DNA from: a virus
Taxonomy: Duplodnaviria > Caudoviricetes
Length of the DNA: 39,810 nt
Strand: one strand, 5' to 3'
IMG/VR virus record: IMGVR_UViG_3300025635_000056
Coordinates: 1-39,810 of that record
Below are positions 1 to 8,851 of the stretch, one piece after another (the first letter of the stretch is position 1; each line of letters opens with the position of its first letter). Under the pieces are notes generated by a model. It saw only the letters and a list, made by a program, of their open reading frames with translations, did no database searches and had not been told where the DNA came from. The translations under genes and the position numbers were made by a program.

Positions 1-31
1 CGAGCAGCGCGCCGAGCGGGGCGAGAAGGCC

Positions 32-475
32 TTGCTGCCAGAGCAGCGCAGCCACAAACCCGGGCAGCCTGTGCGGCCTCGGCTCGAGGTGCAGCCATTC
101 CGCATCCCTGACTCGCATCGGCTCTGGCGTGGCGCGTGCGACCCTCAGAAATTCTCGCAGCTAATCCACGAGCTCACTGGCGACACGTTCGAGATCGCCG
201 CGTTTTTCCTCTCGGTCATGCGCGACGAGCTGCCGGGGCACGTCGACCTCGACGTCAAGCACCGCATCACCGCGGCCACCTGGCTCGCTGACAGAGCCCT
301 CGGCAAGATGCCCGAGACGCTGCGCTTGGCTGCAGCTGGCGAGACAGCGCCAGCGCAGGACATCTCGAGACTCAGCAAGCCCGAGCTTGCCGAGTATCTG
401 CGGCTCAGGCGCAAGATGCAGCTCGAGACCGAGCAGCAGCCCGAGGCGCTCGAGAAGGACGTCACGCCTACGTGA
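32..475 (+). CDS. Probable terminase small subunit (start uncertain, may begin upstream of the window)
   Basis: Directly upstream of the large terminase with a GTGA overlap; helical C-terminus DISRLSKPELAEYLRL resembles small terminases. Confidence 0.6.
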   Translation: MLPEQRSHKPGQPVRPRLEVQPFRIPDSHRLWRGACDPQKFSQLIHELTGDTFEIAAFFLSVMRDELPGHVDLDVKHRITAATWLADRALGKMPETLRLAAAGETAPAQDISRLSKPELAEYLRLRRKMQLETEQQPEALEKDVTPT

Positions 476-2040
476 ACGATGTTCACATCGCAGACGTCGA
501 GGCAGAGTGGTTACGCCGCGACCTGGCCTCATTCGTTCAGGCCGCGTGGCACGTCCTCGAACCAGACACGCCGTTGCAATGGAACTGGCACCTCGACGCG
601 GTCTGCGCGCACGTCGAGGCTCTGCTCGTCGATGCCCCAGGCACGCCGCAGAATCTGCTGCTCAACGTTCCTCCGGGGACGATGAAGTCGTTGCTCGTGA
701 GCGTGTTCGCGCCAGCCTGGCAGTGGCTGCGAGTGCCGAGCTACCGGATGCTGTTCGCGAGCGGCAGCCCCGGCGTCGTCACGCGCGACAGTCTCAAGTG
801 CCGTAGCTTGGTCAAGAGCGACTGGTACCAACAGACGTTCCGGCCAGCGTGGCGCATCAGCTCGGACCAGGACGAGAAACAAAAATTCGCGAATACCGCT
901 GGCGGATTCCGGCAGGGGCTCGGCGCTGGCAGCGCGGTGGTCGGCGAGCGCGCGGATTTGCTGGCTTGTGACGACCCGAACGACCCCAAAGAAATCCACT
1001 CCGAGGCTCACCGCACAGCCATCAACGAGCGCTGGTGGGACGCGACCTGGCACAATCGAATCGCGTCCCCAGAGCGCAGCAAACGCATCGTCATCATGCA
1101 ACGTCTGCACGAGGTCGACCTCGCAGGGCACCTGCTCTCACGCGAGGCTGGGCAGTGGGCGCACCTGTCGCTGCCGATGGAGTGGGAGCCTGGCGCGTGT
1201 CCGCAGCCCACGTGGCTCGGCTGGTCCGACCCGCGCTCTACGCCTGGCGAGCTGCTCATGCCGAGCCGTTTTCCGCTCGAGTACCTCGACCAAGAGCGCG
1301 TGACTCTCGGCTCCGAGGGCTACGCAGGTCAGATGCAGCAGCGCCCCCAGCCGGCGGGTGGCGGCACGTTCAAGCGCCACTGGTGGCGCCGCTACGACGA
1401 GCTCCCGGCGGACCTCGACGAGTGGGGGGCTAGCCTCGACTGCGCATTCAAAGGCGAGTCAACGAGCGATTTTGTGGTGCTCCAGGTCTGGGCGCGGCGC
1501 GGCCCCAACGCGTACCTGGTGGCGAGCTATCGGCGCAAGGTCGACGTGGTCGGCACCGTGGCGCTCGTGCGGCAGGCGCGAGCGGAGTGGCCGCAGGTGA
1601 CAGGCTGGTTCGTCGAGGACAAGGCGAACGGCCCCGCCATCCTGCGCCTGCTGCGTGACGAGGTCCCTGGCCTCGTGGCTGTGGACCCCGGAGCGCGAGC
1701 CAAGGAGGCGCGGGCGCGAGCCGTCACACCGCTCGTCGAGGCGGGCAACGTGTGGCTGCCGCAGGACTCGACCGGCTCGGTGGTGGTGTTCGACCGCGCG
1801 CCCGGGGAGCTGCGAGCTCGTCGGACGGGGGCTTGGGTCAGCGACGTTCGAGGCCCAGCCGTCGATCAGCTGCTCGAGGAGTGCGAGGCGTTCCCCCGCG
1901 GGCGACACGACGACCAGGTAGATGCCCTGAGCCAGATGCTGGAGCGATGGTTCGGCCGGTTGTCCGCACCGCCCGCCGGGGCTCAGTCTAGGTTTCGGAC
2001 CCCGCGCCAGTCGGCAGGTGACGCCAGCCGCGGGATGTGA
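472..2040 (+). CDS. terL: Terminase large subunit
   Basis: Walker A-like NVPPGTMKS, Walker B-like LLACDDP, VIMQRLH, and nuclease motifs SLDCAFK, VEDKANG, HDDQVDA. Confidence 0.95.
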   Translation: MNDVHIADVEAEWLRRDLASFVQAAWHVLEPDTPLQWNWHLDAVCAHVEALLVDAPGTPQNLLLNVPPGTMKSLLVSVFAPAWQWLRVPSYRMLFASGSPGVVTRDSLKCRSLVKSDWYQQTFRPAWRISSDQDEKQKFANTAGGFRQGLGAGSAVVGERADLLACDDPNDPKEIHSEAHRTAINERWWDATWHNRIASPERSKRIVIMQRLHEVDLAGHLLSREAGQWAHLSLPMEWEPGACPQPTWLGWSDPRSTPGELLMPSRFPLEYLDQERVTLGSEGYAGQMQQRPQPAGGGTFKRHWWRRYDELPADLDEWGASLDCAFKGESTSDFVVLQVWARRGPNAYLVASYRRKVDVVGTVALVRQARAEWPQVTGWFVEDKANGPAILRLLRDEVPGLVAVDPGARAKEARARAVTPLVEAGNVWLPQDSTGSVVVFDRAPGELRARRTGAWVSDVRGPAVDQLLEECEAFPRGRHDDQVDALSQMLERWFGRLSAPPAGAQSRFRTPRQSAGDASRGM

Positions 2041-2055
2041 TATTACTGTTTCTCT
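2033..2055 (+). promoter_or_regulatory. Promoter/operator repeat copy 1 (GGATGTGATATTACTGTTTCTCT), leaderless-type -10
   Basis: Near-identical copies at 2333-2354 and on the minus strand at 22361-22380; TACTGT lies 6 nt before ATG 2056 with no Shine-Dalgarno. Confidence 0.6.
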
Positions 2056-2328
2056 ATGCAAGAAGAACAGTCCGTGACGGCGCGCCTCAAGAAAGCGAGC
2101 ATGAACCTTGAGTCGGAGGACTTGAACCGCGCCGATGAACTAGCAAAGAGGATCGGCCGTCACTCGAACAGGACCGAGGTCTTCCGTCGAGCGGTCCACC
2201 TTCTCTACTGGGCCTTCGTCAAAAAGGAAGCCGACGAGCTTGTAATCATGAAGCGAGGCAAGGAACTCGGCCGACTGGAGTGGGCCGATTCACTTCCCAG
2301 CGAGCGCTCGGGCAGCACCAGTCGCTAG
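2056..2328 (+). CDS. Small ribbon-helix-helix (CopG/Arc-like) DNA-binding protein
   Basis: 90 aa; beta-strand then two helices: KKASMNLESEDLNRADELAKRIG-SNRTEVFRRAVHLL. Confidence 0.65.
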   Translation: MQEEQSVTARLKKASMNLESEDLNRADELAKRIGRHSNRTEVFRRAVHLLYWAFVKKEADELVIMKRGKELGRLEWADSLPSERSGSTSR

Positions 2329-2332
2329 TCGC

Positions 2333-2354
2333 GGATGTGATAAACTGTTTCTCT
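2333..2354 (+). promoter_or_regulatory. Promoter/operator repeat copy 2 (GGATGTGATAAACTGTTTCTCT)
   Basis: Imperfect direct repeat of 2033-2055, immediately before ATG 2358. Confidence 0.55.
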
Positions 2355-2357
2355 CCA

Positions 2358-3017
2358 ATGGATGGATTAGACTGGTTGAGATTGTCTCGCACGGCGGCTG
2401 CTCAAGTGTTGCGGCGCAGTGGGTTAGTCGGCAGAGGCGATCTGGAGCTCGAGGATCTGGCTTCCGCTGCTGTGGTCGAGGTGTTGAGTTCTGTAGATCG
2501 TGCGGAGTTATGTGACCCTGGTTTCGCCTACGGGTGTTTCCGTAAGGCAGCTAAGCACGCAGTGCGTGTGGCGCTGGCGAGGGGTGGTGACAGGTACGTG
2601 GAGGTTCGTCGGACAGACAGGCGTGATCCGGAGAGCATTGCTCAGGCTCGAGAGGCGCTGGCGCAGATACCGCACGACCTGCGGAGTCAGCTGCAGTCGT
2701 ACGTCGATGGCCGTGCTCTCAAGGACGCCCTAGCCGTGAGCAAGAACACAGCTACGGCAATCAAGCGTCGCCTCGGCATGCCGGTGCGCGCGCCGGCCAG
2801 AAGCTACCGCCCGGACGTAGAGCGCCTGTTGACTGAGGGACCCATGACGGTAGGAGACGTCGCCCGTCGCCTAGGTCGTTCGCAGAAACAAGTTTTTTCT
2901 CTGATTTCAGGCATGGCTCGGCGGGGGATAGTGCGGCAGTGCGGTCTAGTCCCTCGGCGAGGGTGTCCAGGTCAGCTCGCGCGGCTCTACTGTCTAGTCG
3001 CGCCGTTGACAACGTGA
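2358..3017 (+). CDS. Putative transcription regulator (sigma-like N-terminus, C-terminal winged HTH)
   Basis: LEDLASAAVVEVL resembles sigma region 2; C-terminal EGPMTVGDVARRLGRSQKQVFSLISGMARRGIV is a winged-HTH pattern. Start moved to ATG 2358, after the repeat. Confidence 0.5.
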   Translation: MDGLDWLRLSRTAAAQVLRRSGLVGRGDLELEDLASAAVVEVLSSVDRAELCDPGFAYGCFRKAAKHAVRVALARGGDRYVEVRRTDRRDPESIAQAREALAQIPHDLRSQLQSYVDGRALKDALAVSKNTATAIKRRLGMPVRAPARSYRPDVERLLTEGPMTVGDVARRLGRSQKQVFSLISGMARRGIVRQCGLVPRRGCPGQLARLYCLVAPLTT

Positions 3018-3030
3018 TAGGAAACTGCCC

Positions 3031-5382
3031 ATGGGATTCTGGGATAGGTTCAAACGCCGCGTTGTCCTCGCCGAGCAGGTCGAGGAGTCGCCTGAGGTAG
3101 AGCCGACCGTCGAGGTCGAGGACCCCGCGCAGATTCTCAGCATCGAGAAGGCCAAGGGTGTCTCGGGCACCGCGCTCTACAGCGGCCTACTCTCGGTCGA
3201 AAACGTCACGGCGCTCCAGCACGCCCGCGCGTTCGGCACCCCGGGAGGCGTGTGGGGCGAGTGGCAGCTGCTCGAGAAGACCGACCCCGCCGTAGCCAGC
3301 GGGCTGAACATGGTGAGCGCCCCGCTGCGCGATGCTACCGTGTCCATCGACCCCAACGAGGCCGACCCCAACATCGTCGAGTTTCTCGAGGACCAGTTCG
3401 CTCGGTGGCTCGACCCCAGTATCGCGCTCGTCATCGAGCAGCTGGTGCACTATGGCCTCGGATACGGGTTCTCGCTGCACGAGCGCGTGATGGGCACCCG
3501 CTCGGACCCTCGCGTCCCTGGCGGCGTGGCCGTCTACCTGGCTCGTCTCGAGCAGCGTCTGCCCGAGTCTGTGCGCGCGGATGGGTGGATTACCAAGGAC
3601 GGCAAGCTCGTCACCATCCGTCAGAGCGGTGTGCGCGATGGCCAGTGGATCCAGGTCGACCTCGACGCTGCACACTGCCTGCTAGCCAGCTGGCGACGTG
3701 CTGGCGACAATTACGCGGGCGTGCCTGCGTTCCGCAGCGTCTGGTACATCGGGAAGCTGCGCGCGCAGTTGCTGAAGATTTTGGCCATTGGTCACCAGCG
3801 CGAGGCGTGTGGCGTCCCGGTTATCACGCAGGACCCGGAGAGCCGCCAGGTCACCGACGCGGAACTCGACGACATCGAGGCCACGCTGCGCTCGATGGTG
3901 TACCACGAGAACGCGTACATGATTCTCCCTCCCGGTCTCAAGCTGGACTGGGTTTTTAGCGGCGCGCACGACAAGTCGAGCGTGCTCAACACGTGGCGCG
4001 CGCTCGGTATCGCGATTCTCGAGGTGGTCCAGGCCGAGCAGCAGGCGCTCGGCACGGGCGACACCGGCTCCCGCGCGGTCGGAGACGTGAAGGCGGCCTC
4101 GCAGAACGGATTCGTCGAGGGCGTGAGGGCGTGGGTCGAGGCGGTGCTCAACGGTACCGAGCAGACCCCCGGCATCGTGCGCGAACTCGTCGACATGAAC
4201 TTCGGTCCGCAGGCGCACTACCCGAGGCTGTGTCTGCGGCCCAAGCGGCCGGACATGGATGTGACTCAGCTGTCCACCGCGGCCAAGACGCTGAGCGACG
4301 CGGGCGCGCTGCACTTCTCTCGCGCGGACGAAGACCACCTGCGCGAGCGCATGGGCCTTCCACCTGCGGATGACGAGGCCATCGCGGCGGCTGAGGCGAT
4401 GCGAGCCGCTGCGCAGGCCGCGTTCGCCAAGCAAGGCACTCCCGCGGACGATGGCGAGGACGGCGGTAAGGATACCGTACCGCCGCGCGTAGACGAAAAG
4501 GCGTTCGCCACACTCGCTGCAGCTCAGCGTCGAGCGGCGAGATCGCTGGCAGAGACCCAGGCCATGCGTGTTGAGCTCGGACTCGACATGGCGCCGTTCA
4601 TGCCTCAGCGGGAGCTGCGCCCGAGCGAGACAGTGCTCGACCTGGCCGCACTCGACAGGTTTTTTTCGGCTGCACGCGCCGCGTTCGAGTCGGCAGCGAA
4701 GCCCGTGCTGGTCGCGACCCTCAAGGCCGCGATGCCAGCCATCGAGGCGGCGCTGGCGGACGGTGACCCGAGCGAGCTCGAGGACCTCGAACTCGACCTG
4801 ACCGAGCTGCGGTCCGTTGTGGTCGACGCGGTCCGCAGCGGCCAGGCGTTCGGGTACCACCAGGCGGCGGCTGAGGTCGCTCGCCTGCGCGGCGCTAGCG
4901 CCACCACCGGATTCGCGAGCCGCAGGGGCAACCTGGACAAAGCCGCCAAGGCCACGGTGGACCTGACCGTCAAGCGCATTGAGGACCGGACGACTCAGCA
5001 GCTCTGGGACACCGCCATCTCCGAGGTGCGGCGCGAGCAGGGCGTACCGATGGACACAGCCCGGCAGCGAGCCATCGCCGAGCGCGTGACTCAGCGGGTG
5101 GTCGAGGAGATTGAGGCCACAGGGACGCTGCGCACCGATGCCGGCTACCTGGTGACTCGCTCGGTCTCCGACGGGCGAGAGCAGCAGTTCGCCGACGCGA
5201 ACGTAGAGTGGCTCGAGCTCTCCGCGGTACTCGACGGAGCGACGTGCTCGTACTGCGAGTCGGTCGACGGGACTCGCGTGCAGGTCGGCACCCCTGAGCA
5301 CTACATGCTGACGCCTCCGTTGGGGAACTGCGCTGGGCGGACGAACTGCCGCTGCCTGCTGGTGCCTGTCGAAGGCGCTTGA
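3031..5382 (+). CDS. Portal protein (Mu gp29/DUF935-like) fused to a Mu gpF/SPP1 gp7-like head morphogenesis domain
   Basis: Position after the terminase; YGFSLHE, GVP, LVDMNFGPQAHYPRL and LRERMGLP portal motifs; C-terminal SAVLDGATCSYC...PPLGNCAGRTNCRC gpF-like motif. Confidence 0.85.
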   Translation: MGFWDRFKRRVVLAEQVEESPEVEPTVEVEDPAQILSIEKAKGVSGTALYSGLLSVENVTALQHARAFGTPGGVWGEWQLLEKTDPAVASGLNMVSAPLRDATVSIDPNEADPNIVEFLEDQFARWLDPSIALVIEQLVHYGLGYGFSLHERVMGTRSDPRVPGGVAVYLARLEQRLPESVRADGWITKDGKLVTIRQSGVRDGQWIQVDLDAAHCLLASWRRAGDNYAGVPAFRSVWYIGKLRAQLLKILAIGHQREACGVPVITQDPESRQVTDAELDDIEATLRSMVYHENAYMILPPGLKLDWVFSGAHDKSSVLNTWRALGIAILEVVQAEQQALGTGDTGSRAVGDVKAASQNGFVEGVRAWVEAVLNGTEQTPGIVRELVDMNFGPQAHYPRLCLRPKRPDMDVTQLSTAAKTLSDAGALHFSRADEDHLRERMGLPPADDEAIAAAEAMRAAAQAAFAKQGTPADDGEDGGKDTVPPRVDEKAFATLAAAQRRAARSLAETQAMRVELGLDMAPFMPQRELRPSETVLDLAALDRFFSAARAAFESAAKPVLVATLKAAMPAIEAALADGDPSELEDLELDLTELRSVVVDAVRSGQAFGYHQAAAEVARLRGASATTGFASRRGNLDKAAKATVDLTVKRIEDRTTQQLWDTAISEVRREQGVPMDTARQRAIAERVTQRVVEEIEATGTLRTDAGYLVTRSVSDGREQQFADANVEWLELSAVLDGATCSYCESVDGTRVQVGTPEHYMLTPPLGNCAGRTNCRCLLVPVEGA

Positions 5383-5415
5383 CAATCACGTCGAGACCGG
5401 CTTAGGTCTCGACGT
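5379..5415 (+). promoter_or_regulatory. Putative promoter (TTGACA) overlapped by an 11-bp perfect inverted repeat
   Basis: TTGACA at 5379-5384; ACGTCGAGACC (5388-5398) and GGTCTCGACGT (5405-5415) abut ATG 5416. Confidence 0.5.
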
Positions 5416-6471
5416 ATGGTCACGTATGGTCACAAGTTCGCGGCTCAGGCCAAGGCGCTTCACAGCGCCGGTGCCCGTGTCGCGTTCGCTGACCCCAGCG
5501 CTGACAAGGCCCCCCGCTGGCACCTGCTCCTCACCCCCGGCAAGGTGCACCGCGGGGATTTCGGCTCGCTCGACCTGAGCCGTAAGGTGCTCGAGGAGAT
5601 GGCCGCGAACTACGTGGCTGAGGGCAAGCCCGAGCGCGCCGTCAACTACTTCCACCTCGGCACGTCGAGCACGCCCGGCACACCCGAGCAGAAAGTCGCC
5701 GCCGGCTGGATTTCCGACGTCCGCGTGACGGATGCCGGGCTTGAGGTGCTCATCTCCTGGACCGACCGCGCGCGGGGGTTCATCCTCGCCGACGAGCTCC
5801 GCTACCTCTCCGCGGAGTTCGTCACCGCCAGCACCGACAAGCGCAGCGGCAAGAGCTCTGGCGCCAAGCTGCTCGGCGCCGCGCTTCTCAACGACCCCTT
5901 TCTGACCGAGCTGCCGCGCGTTGCGGCCAGCGAGAACACCGAGGCAAACGTGGATTTTTCCAAGCAGGTTCGTGCGTGGCTGCGGCTCGCGGAGTCCGCG
6001 ACCGATGCGGAGGTCGAGGCGACCATCGCCAAGCTGTACGGCGCGAGCGTCTCTCTGTCCGAGAGCGCGGGCCAGGTGGCCAAGCTCGCCGAGCAGGTGA
6101 AGACCATCACCGCCGAGCGCGACGCGCTTCGCGCTGAGGGCCGCGTCGCCGAGGTGAAGGCCTTCTTCGACGGCCTCGTTCGCGACGGGAAGATGCTTCC
6201 CGCCACTCGCGAGGGGTTCGAGAAGCTCGCGCTCGCGCACGGTCTCGAGTCGGTCAAGTTCCTCGAGGCCAGCCCCAAGCTGGTGCCGGTCGGCGAGTCC
6301 GCCAAGGGCGTCGCTGGCGTCGGCGCGGACGACGCGGTCGCCGCGCGCAAGGCGTTCCTCGACGCGGTCGACGCGCGGGTGAAGGCCGGTGAGAAGTACC
6401 CGGTGGCCTTCGCCGCCGAGCAGAACAAGCAGGGCGCGCTGTTCGTGAAGGCCTTCGGAGGTGACAAGTGA
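5416..6471 (+). CDS. Mu gpI-like prohead protease with C-terminal scaffold
   Basis: VNYFH, AAGWI, WTDRA, RYLSAEF and GAALLNDPFL motifs, then an Ala-rich coiled region; in-frame GTG at 5950 preceded by GAGG. Confidence 0.9.
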   Translation: MVTYGHKFAAQAKALHSAGARVAFADPSADKAPRWHLLLTPGKVHRGDFGSLDLSRKVLEEMAANYVAEGKPERAVNYFHLGTSSTPGTPEQKVAAGWISDVRVTDAGLEVLISWTDRARGFILADELRYLSAEFVTASTDKRSGKSSGAKLLGAALLNDPFLTELPRVAASENTEANVDFSKQVRAWLRLAESATDAEVEATIAKLYGASVSLSESAGQVAKLAEQVKTITAERDALRAEGRVAEVKAFFDGLVRDGKMLPATREGFEKLALAHGLESVKFLEASPKLVPVGESAKGVAGVGADDAVAARKAFLDAVDARVKAGEKYPVAFAAEQNKQGALFVKAFGGDK

Positions 6472-6860
6472 AGTACAATTTCGCAGGGGCCTCGCCCCTC
6501 CCGTTCATCGCTGGCGGAGCAATCACCGCCAACTCCATGGTCAAGGTCGACACGACCGCGGGCCAGGTGGTCGCGTGCACCGCCATCACCGACGCCGCCA
6601 TTGGCGTCTGCCTCGACGGCGCCGCCGCCTCCGGTGAGCAGGTGCTCGTGCAGATCTTCGGCGTCGCCGAGGTCCGCGCCGGTGCCACCATCACCGCCGG
6701 TCAGGAGCTGATGGTCAAGGGCAGCGGCACCGGTGAGCTCGACGTCGCCGCTGGCGCCACCGCGCGCTCGGTCGGCTGGGCGCTGCAGGGCGGCGCCTCG
6801 GGCGACACCATCGCCGTCCTCCTCGCGGGCCCTGCGCCCAAGGCCCCCCCGAACTCGTAA
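6468..6860 (+). CDS. Capsid decoration/cement protein (DUF2190-like)
   Basis: Small Gly/Ala-rich beta protein between protease and capsid; AIGV, GATITAGQEL and GWALQ patterns. Confidence 0.8.
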   Translation: MKYNFAGASPLPFIAGGAITANSMVKVDTTAGQVVACTAITDAAIGVCLDGAAASGEQVLVQIFGVAEVRAGATITAGQELMVKGSGTGELDVAAGATARSVGWALQGGASGDTIAVLLAGPAPKAPPNS

Positions 6861-6883
6861 CGGACGACTGAGGTCAACACGCC

Positions 6884-7843
6884 ATGCTGATTCCCTCGCA
6901 GTTTCGCACCACGACCCCGCTCGCCGACCTCTCGGTCCGGTACGCCAACGCGCTCGAGGATTATGCGGCCCTCAAGCTCTTCCCCGCGCGCCTCGTCGAC
7001 AAGTCGGCGTTCAGCTTCTATATCGCGAAGCTGGACAACCTGCGTGTGCAGGACCCGACCGCGCCCTCCGGGACCGAGGCGCCCAGCGGCGAGTACCAGT
7101 ACACGACCGCCAGCGCCTCGACCAAAGAGTACGCGTGGAAGGGCCTCATTCTCGATCGCGACAAGACCAACGCGGACGCGGCGGTTGCGGACCTCGAGAC
7201 CGCTCAGGCCATGCACAACATGGATATCCTGATGCTCCACCTCGAGATCGCTGCGGCTACCAAGGCGCAGACCTCCGGCAACTACCCCGCCGCGCTGACC
7301 GCCGCGAGCGGTAACTGGGGCACCGCCGGCACCGACGTGTTCAGCGAGTTCGACACTGCCAAGGAGGCGGTCAAGGACAGCTGTCTCAAGCAGGCGAACA
7401 TGTGCGTGCTCAACAAGAAGGCGCTGCGCACGCTCGCTCGGCACCCCGACGTGGTGGATCGCGTGAAGTACACCAGCCAGGCATCGGCCAAGGCGCTCGC
7501 CGCAGCGCTGTCCGACCTGTTCGAGCTGGAGTTCGTCATCGCCGACGCGCGGAAGAACACCGCGAACAAGGGCGCGACGGACGCGATCTCCCGCGTCTGG
7601 GGCGCGCACGCGGTCATCGCGCACGTGAACCCGGCCCAGGGCCTCAAGACCATGACCTACGGCTCGACCTTCTTCGCCCAGTCGGCCGGCCTCTACACCA
7701 AGACCATCGAGAAGCCCGAGCTCGGACGCGGTCAGGGCGCTCGCGAGCTCGAGTCTGGCTGGGAGTTCTCGGTCGAAGCCGTCGCGCAGGACTCCACCGG
7801 TGATTTCTCGGCCGGCTACCTGCTCACCACCGTCTACAGCTAA
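6884..7843 (+). CDS. Major capsid protein
   Basis: 319 aa; position; LADLSVRYAN start, LARHPDVVDRVKYT and AGYLL end; strongly biased codon use; GAGG RBS. Confidence 0.9.
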   Translation: MLIPSQFRTTTPLADLSVRYANALEDYAALKLFPARLVDKSAFSFYIAKLDNLRVQDPTAPSGTEAPSGEYQYTTASASTKEYAWKGLILDRDKTNADAAVADLETAQAMHNMDILMLHLEIAAATKAQTSGNYPAALTAASGNWGTAGTDVFSEFDTAKEAVKDSCLKQANMCVLNKKALRTLARHPDVVDRVKYTSQASAKALAAALSDLFELEFVIADARKNTANKGATDAISRVWGAHAVIAHVNPAQGLKTMTYGSTFFAQSAGLYTKTIEKPELGRGQGARELESGWEFSVEAVAQDSTGDFSAGYLLTTVYS

Positions 7844-7852
7844 GGGGGCGTC

Positions 7853-8278
7853 GTGACCAACCGCAGCCGAAATCTCCTTGTGGTGCTCGCGCTCGGTCTG
7901 GTCGCGAGCGTTGCGCTCGCAGGGCCGAGCATCCTGCAGCGCAACCGCGTCGCGTTCATGAACGGGCTGTTCGTCGCCACCGGCTCTCGGGTGGCGACCT
8001 CGGGCAACCTCATCACGCAGGCGCTCGGGGCGTCCTCGAGCATCGACTTCGCAGGCGTCACCGACACTTGCGAGGACTCCAGCGCAATCACCGTCACCGG
8101 TGCAGCGGCCGGTGACCCCTGCATCGTAGGCAGTCCCGCTACGATGCCGCACGCGAACAGCTGGACGATGTGCTACGTGTCCGCAACCAACGCGGTCAAG
8201 GTGAGGCACTGCGCACACGGCGCATCGGGAAACCCCGCGGCGGCGACGTACTACGTGCGCGTCATCAGCTCCCAGTAG
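7853..8278 (+). CDS. Signal-peptide-bearing, Cys-containing putative head fibre/decoration protein
   Basis: N-terminus MTNRSRNLLVVLALGLVASVALA; beta-rich domain SIDF...ITVTGAAAGD...YVSATNAVKVR with 4 Cys; lies before the post-capsid terminator. Confidence 0.6.
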   Translation: MTNRSRNLLVVLALGLVASVALAGPSILQRNRVAFMNGLFVATGSRVATSGNLITQALGASSSIDFAGVTDTCEDSSAITVTGAAAGDPCIVGSPATMPHANSWTMCYVSATNAVKVRHCAHGASGNPAAATYYVRVISSQ

Positions 8279-8309
8279 CGCTCCGGTCGAGGTCGCCGAC
8301 CTGTAGCCT

Positions 8310-8346
8310 CGCCGACCGCTGAGTAGCACGGTCGGCGTTTTTCTTT
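8310..8346 (+). terminator. Rho-independent terminator ending the capsid operon
   Basis: Stem CGCCGACCG/CGGTCGGCG followed by TTTTTCTTT. Confidence 0.8.
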
Positions 8347-8356
8347 CGAGGTCCAC

Positions 8357-8851
8357 ATGCGCAGAGCAGCAACACTCCTGATTCTGATGGTCGCTGCGGT
8401 CGCCCTCGCTGCGTCAGTCCAGCCGCGACGGTGGGTGAAGACACAGCGGACGGACGGCACTGGCGCCGTGCCTGCAGCCGCGTGCGCGATGGACGCGGGC
8501 GTCAAGAGCGACTTGGGCCTGGTGCTCGATGGCGTCACGACCATCAACGTCTGCGTCGCTGCGAACGGCGACACCACGCCGACGCAGAAGACCATCACCA
8601 GCGGCACCCTGCGCGCCTGGTACTACGACCCCAACCCGCTCGGGGACGGGGACGGCGGCGCCTGGCATCGGGAGCCGCTCAACGACCTCACTATCCAGGT
8701 GGCAGGCCTCGCGCGTACGTGCTGGTCTGTGCCCACCGCGCCCAGCAACACTGCGCTCTACGGCTGCGGCTACTGGAGCCTCGACACGTTCGTGCTCTCC
8801 GGCTCGACCAATGACGCAGGTGTCATCGTCAGCGCGGCGGGCACCCGATGA
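8357..8851 (+). CDS. Exported protein of unknown function
   Basis: Signal peptide MRRAATLLILMVAAVALA; 4 Cys; GAGG RBS; ATGA overlap with the next gene. Confidence 0.6.
   Translation: MRRAATLLILMVAAVALAASVQPRRWVKTQRTDGTGAVPAAACAMDAGVKSDLGLVLDGVTTINVCVAANGDTTPTQKTITSGTLRAWYYDPNPLGDGDGGAWHREPLNDLTIQVAGLARTCWSVPTAPSNTALYGCGYWSLDTFVLSGSTNDAGVIVSAAGTR

Noticed and set aside
3682-8356. Long antisense ORFs (3682-5385, 6701-8356; also 34425-36509)
   Set aside because: Shadow frames expected from high GC and codon bias opposite well-supported genes; no motifs or RBS.
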